From: Raillietiella orientalis
Lineage: Eukaryota
Reading direction: 5' to 3'
Length of the DNA stretch: 64,000 nucleotides
Assembly: GCA_036172245.1 (NCBI GenBank)
Contig: JAYWIR010000018.1
Coordinates: 62,001 to 126,000 of the forward strand
Under the pieces are notes generated by a model. The model worked only from the letters and a program-made list of their open reading frames with translations. It searched no databases and was not told where the DNA came from. Below are positions 59,600 through 64,000 of the stretch, in pieces. Position numbers and translations under genes: made by a program. Each line of letters opens with the position of its first letter. Positions within the stretch are counted from its first letter, which is position 1.

Positions 59600-62580
59600 G
59601 AACCGGCGTTGGATGCCGAAAATCTCGTTCCTTGCGTCTTCTGGAAAATGAGATCACGTGGCAGCCGACGTCATGTTCTCGTCGACATGAATCAACATGA
59701 CTCGTCGACGTCTCAACATGAATCATCTTCAGTCTGCAGGAAATCCCCAATAGCAAGACAACTTCCTGCACGTTTTAGTACTCGCTCTTCCCCTATTCGA
59801 ATGGAAAAACTTAAGAAGAAGGCATTTATTCAGTCCCTATTTAATTCTGTGCAATCTAATCCTGAGACAAACTCTTCCCTTGAACCGTGCCTTTCTGTAT
59901 CCCCTCCACAGTGCAGTATCCCTTTTTCATCTCGAGAACAAACTACAAAGTATCCTATTACTGCCCTAAACCCACCTTGTATTCGTATTAGAACAACTCG
60001 TGCCTTTCGAGAAGCTATACCCAACGGTTGCATCCGTGCTTCTGCAACTCCCTCCGCGAAAAATATTCCACCGAAGTGCGATCCCTCGAAAAGATCCCTG
60101 ATTTGATCGAAATACCATGCGAAGCTTTACCTGTGGCGAGCTCTCCACACACCGTAGATAGCTCCACACAACAAAATTCTTTTCCAGCGATCCGCAAACA
60201 AAACAACCTCTTCTCACCTCTCACTTTGCATCCAGCACACACATCCTCTTCACCATCCACATCTCGACAGTACAAAAGACCTCCTCCAAAGTTTCAACGC
60301 AATCCAGTACCACCTAGACACCGTTGATCTTCTAGACAGTGTTTAGCTGCACCACCAACCAATCGGACCCTTCCTGGCTGTCCAGCCTCTCCTCAAACCA
60401 CCGCCCGTCGTACTACCTCTCCAATTACGAACCTCTCACTCCCACCAATTGCTAACGATGATGTGGCTCTTACACCTGACAACGTCCTTTTGGTTCGATT
60501 TCCCGCATCTCGCACCCTATGCTGCATACTGTCATATTGTCCCTGGAGAACACAAACTCTTGATGCAAGAAACACACTTCGGTCTCTTAAACGTCACTTG
60601 ACGACAGCACACGAGCTTCCTTTCCAAAAGCACAGGTTACTCTGTAGGAAATGCAACTCCGATGTCTCCTATCCTACTCAACATCATCCGTGCTACAAAC
60701 ACTCCGCTCGCCCTCAACCCCCCACGGTTCCCCTTTCTTATCAATGTAACATTCCTAACTGTATGGCCACTTTTCCTTCTATGCGTGGATTACACAATCA
60801 CATGCGATGGCATATACGCCTCCAAAATCAAAGCAACAAACTTCTATCCCCATTCCGCACTTCTCTCCCGATACCCACGTTTAACCGTTTTGATGCGATA
60901 GCTACACCCGAACCCCCACCCACCCACACCACCTGTAGCCATAGAAACAGCGCATCCTTCCTTACAACAGCCTGTACGCCAACAGGATCAGTATCTTTTA
61001 TCAAAGTTCCATCAAATTCATCTTCCTCCGAAGCCTTACAACAGCGAGCACAACCAATACATCCAACTCCCTTATACCCCTTGCACTCAACCAGCGAACG
61101 TGCACCCTATGTCTCCGCAGCACAACACGTTCTGCCACACACCCAACATATACTACACACGAGCACACTCCGTCCTTAGTTCTTACACTCCGATCCTCAC
61201 AACCCTTCTTACACAATCGGCGTATAATGACACTTGGCAACGTACCCTTGACACCCTCAACGAAATTATGAATACCATAACTTCGACATCCCACATACGC
61301 CGATTTTACCCTTCCACAAGGCCTACATCCTCTTCCAATGCCTTTCGCCTTACTTCATCGGAACTACTTCAATTCCTGTATCGGCGAAACCGAAAACGAG
61401 CCATTCGCACTCTTCTTCACCCGAATCCCATTCAATTTAACGGATCCATGGTTCAAACTATTTTTAGTGAAATGTTCTCAGCAAAGATGATGAACGCGGA
61501 CATACTCAAGGAAAGCCCTTTAACTCTGGCTTCATCGGAAGTGAATTGGGCAGAGATCACCCCTGAAGAAGTTCCGTTGACGTTGAGGAACTCCCAAGAC
61601 ACTGCCCCAGGAAATGACGGAATCCAGTAGTCCATCCTGCGGAAAGCAGACCCAGACGGATCTTGTCTTGCAGCTCTATACAATTCATGTGTCCGTCACT
61701 TGCGTATCCCCAGCGGCTGCAAAACATCACTCACAGTCCTAATCCCTAAATCTAGAGCATCTGATCCGGCAGATGTCACGCAGTTTCGCCCCATCGCAAT
61801 CTCCAATACCGTTGGCAAACTATTCTGCAAAATCCTTGAGAAAAGAATGCGCTCGTGGATCCTCAACAACGGAATCCTTGGACACCATCAAAAGGGATTT
61901 CTTCCTTATGATGACGTGCTGGAGCAAAACTTTGTGCTGACCACTGCACTCGAGCGCTCCCGAGTGCACCACCAAGACATCACCATTGCATGGATAGACT
62001 TTAAAGAAGCGTTTACGTCCATCCCCCATCAGCTCATTCTAGACACGTTGACCGTGCTAGGGGCCGGTAGTCAGTTCCATGGAATCATTGCGGAAATGTA
62101 CTCGGAATCTACCACAACGATAGTGGCTTCCGGCGGACTTACGATCCCAATACCGATTCATTCCGCAGTGCGCCAAGGATGTCCCCTAAGTGGGCTGTTA
62201 TTTAACATCGCTCTAGAACCCTTTATCCGAATCCTGAAGCACCAACACCCCTCTATTATTCCGCTTGCTTATGCAGACGATGTTGCGCTTATTGCTAGCT
62301 CGATAAATGAGCTACAAATGGCCGTCACCACACTGACAGATTCAACCCGAGCTGCAAATTTGCAAATAAATCCAAATAAGTGCGGCTCCAAATAAGTAGC
62401 CTCCCCACCGCATGTGCATAACACATCGCTGTCTGCGGATGGTGCACCAATTCCGTCCCTTTCCATCCAAGATACTTATAATTACCTAGGGAAACCGATT
62501 GGCTTCGATCCACTCATTTACGACGGAAACGTGAATACCTTCATTGTCCATTTCAAATCCAACGCTGACCATCTCTTGCT
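59600..62580 (+). mobile_element. Non-LTR retrotransposon of the restriction-like-endonuclease group (Utopia/NeSL/R2-like); 3'-truncated, inactivated by stops
   Basis: N-terminal C2H2-type fingers (CCILSYC...LKRHLTTAH; YQCNIPNCMATFPSMRGLHNHMRWH), LQFLYRRNRKRAIR, APGNDGI, FRPIAISNT..KLF, QKGFLPYD, AWIDFKEAFTSIPH, VRQGCPLSGLLFN, LAYADD, INPNKC, YNYLGKPIG. Premature stops at 61177, 61628 and 62393. The 5' boundary is approximate. Confidence 0.9.
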
Positions 62581-62599
62581 AAGCCAACCGCACGGAAGT

Positions 62600-63640
62600 T
62601 CAGTCGGATGGCTTGCTCATGATCCGCATTGCAAGATTCTGCATTTCTCGAGTCGTTACGTACTCGTGCCGACAAGAACTGTCCCTTTCCTTCTCTAGAA
62701 GGCTCCTTTTTCTTCGGAGTTTAGAGAGAGTGCCAGCGTTCTACACGGCATCGCGAGGAACGTTGGAGACGACGTCCGGTGCCTTTCCCGATCTCCTCGA
62801 AGGCAAGCGTTTCATGATTGACTGACTGGCTGCTTGCCGCCTTGCACCAAGCAGGCGTCTCCCGGCACCGGTGAGGACTGTCGCTCAGCAAGCACCTCCG
62901 AACAACCGGAAAATCAGGACCTGGTACATGGAACGCGACTTGACCTGAGAACGCTCCTTACGCTTTCCTCCGAATGCCTACTTGCGGATTTCGTGGATAC
63001 CATCGAAGCTATTGTGGGCACAGTACGGCGGACCACCGTGTCCAAATACATCGCTCGCGAGTGGTCTCGGAGAGCGCACACATTGCCGAATGCAAGGAGC
63101 AGCCGCCTCTCTTTGGCGGTTTCTTCATCGCATGAAGACCTGGATTCTCGGACTCGGCCGTTGAGAACAAAACTGCTTCCTTGAAGATGCAGCGTTCCGC
63201 ATTTCCGGCTCGAACGTGTGCGACAACTGCCCGAAAGGTGCTCTCAGGCAACGCCCAAAGTGAGCCGCACTGGCCGACGGAGATAGCCAGAGCGCGCGGC
63301 GATTCCGCGCGCTGACCTTGGAGAGGAGTGCGGCGGAAGACCCGCGGAGTTGCCTCAACTCGGGGCGATTCGAGGCTTCCTGAATTCCAGGTCGCAGGAA
63401 GCGCCGAGAGGTCATGGAGTCGTGCACGCGGGAGGGCAGCGTCGGAGGAAAAGTTTCGAGTTGTCTCTGTGGGTGCAATCGAACAAGGACGAACGACCGC
63501 AAGTGCTCCTCAGGAACGGATGTCGGAGGGGATGGCGAGCTTCTCCAACGTGCGGATTCATGGGAGGCGTTCAAAGTTTTGCCTGCCCGCGAGCAGCCGA
63601 CTGCGACGGCGTGCGCTCGCCTTTGTGGAGACTAAAGGCT
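62600..63640 (+). mobile_element. Degenerate L1/Tx1-like LINE 3' remnant abutting the Utopia-like element
   Basis: Abrupt compositional switch at ~62580; SWEAFKVLPAREQ...ACARLCGD resembles the C-terminal zinc-knuckle region. Confidence 0.35.
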
Positions 63641-63729
63641 GGTGCCAGGAGCGCTCGTTTATTCTCGTTTATTCTTGTAGCATCGAGATGAGCTCCTTCT
63701 CCCGAATGAGACAAGTTGCAGGAACGCGG

Positions 63730-63972
63730 TTACGGCTGGCTCCTCTTGATCTTGGACGCCTCGAAGTACCTCAAGGTGCTTTCCCAGAAGTTGACCTCCA
63801 CCGTATACTTTTCAAAGAAGAGTCTGCCGAAATACGGCTTCATGGTGCTGACGACGAGGCTGGTACAGCCGTTGTCAGTTTTCCGGATATAATCCTGAGC
63901 AGTGAATCGGAAGATGGCGTTTCTTATCTGGAATTCCAGGTCCGGAGCAGCTTCCATCTTCTCGCAGTTTAT
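63730..63972 (-). CDS. Pepsin-family (A1) aspartic protease, last coding exon; the gene continues beyond the window
   Basis: INCEKMEAAPDLEFQIRNAIFRFTAQDYIRKTDNGCTSLVVSTMKPYFGRLFFEKYTVEVNF follows the A1 C-terminal pattern (VDC...LP.I.F.I....F.L...DY......C.S......ILG..F...Y...FD). TAG acceptor at 63973-63975. Catalytic DTG motifs are outside the window. Confidence 0.75.
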   Translation of the reverse strand: MNCEKMEAAPDLEFQIRNAIFRFTAQDYIRKTDNGCTSLVVSTMKPYFGRLFFEKYTVEVNFWESTLRYFEASKIKRSQP

Positions 63973-64000
63973 CTACGTCCACGACAATTCCAACGGATCT

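Overview
Eukaryotic, intron-containing animal DNA, probably from an arthropod; the taxon is an inference. There are three protein-coding genes, all on the minus strand. (1) TCERG1/CA150: 14 coding exons resolved by hand at 1344-5084, encoding 3 WW domains followed by FF repeats. Its start exon lies further upstream, probably beyond a ~9 kb AT-rich intron. (2) A complete 10-exon SLC5/SSF sodium:solute symporter (SMCT/SLC5A8-12-like, 547 aa) at 22394-45676. (3) The last exon of a pepsin-family aspartic protease at 63730-63972. Intron sizes are strongly bimodal: 42-76 nt micro-introns versus 1.8-5.8 kb introns. The long introns and intergenic DNA hold degenerate retroelements (Tx1/L1-like and RTE-like LINEs, Ty3/Gypsy pol), a mariner remnant, tRNA-derived SINE-like pieces and a fairly well-preserved Utopia/NeSL/R2-type non-LTR element at ~59.6-62.6 kb. 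The most notable unexplained structure is a ~590 bp inverted repeat with a 418/420 nt identical core. It brackets transporter exons 8-9 and would form a long pre-mRNA duplex. Other leads: a CpG-poor domain at 52-55 kb that looks like a spliced non-coding transcript, candidate micro- and poison exons in TCERG1, twin covarying hairpins, and a modular UUCG-hairpin repeat. Most long ORFs in the GC-rich stretches are spurious. All calls are by eye; no database searches were run.
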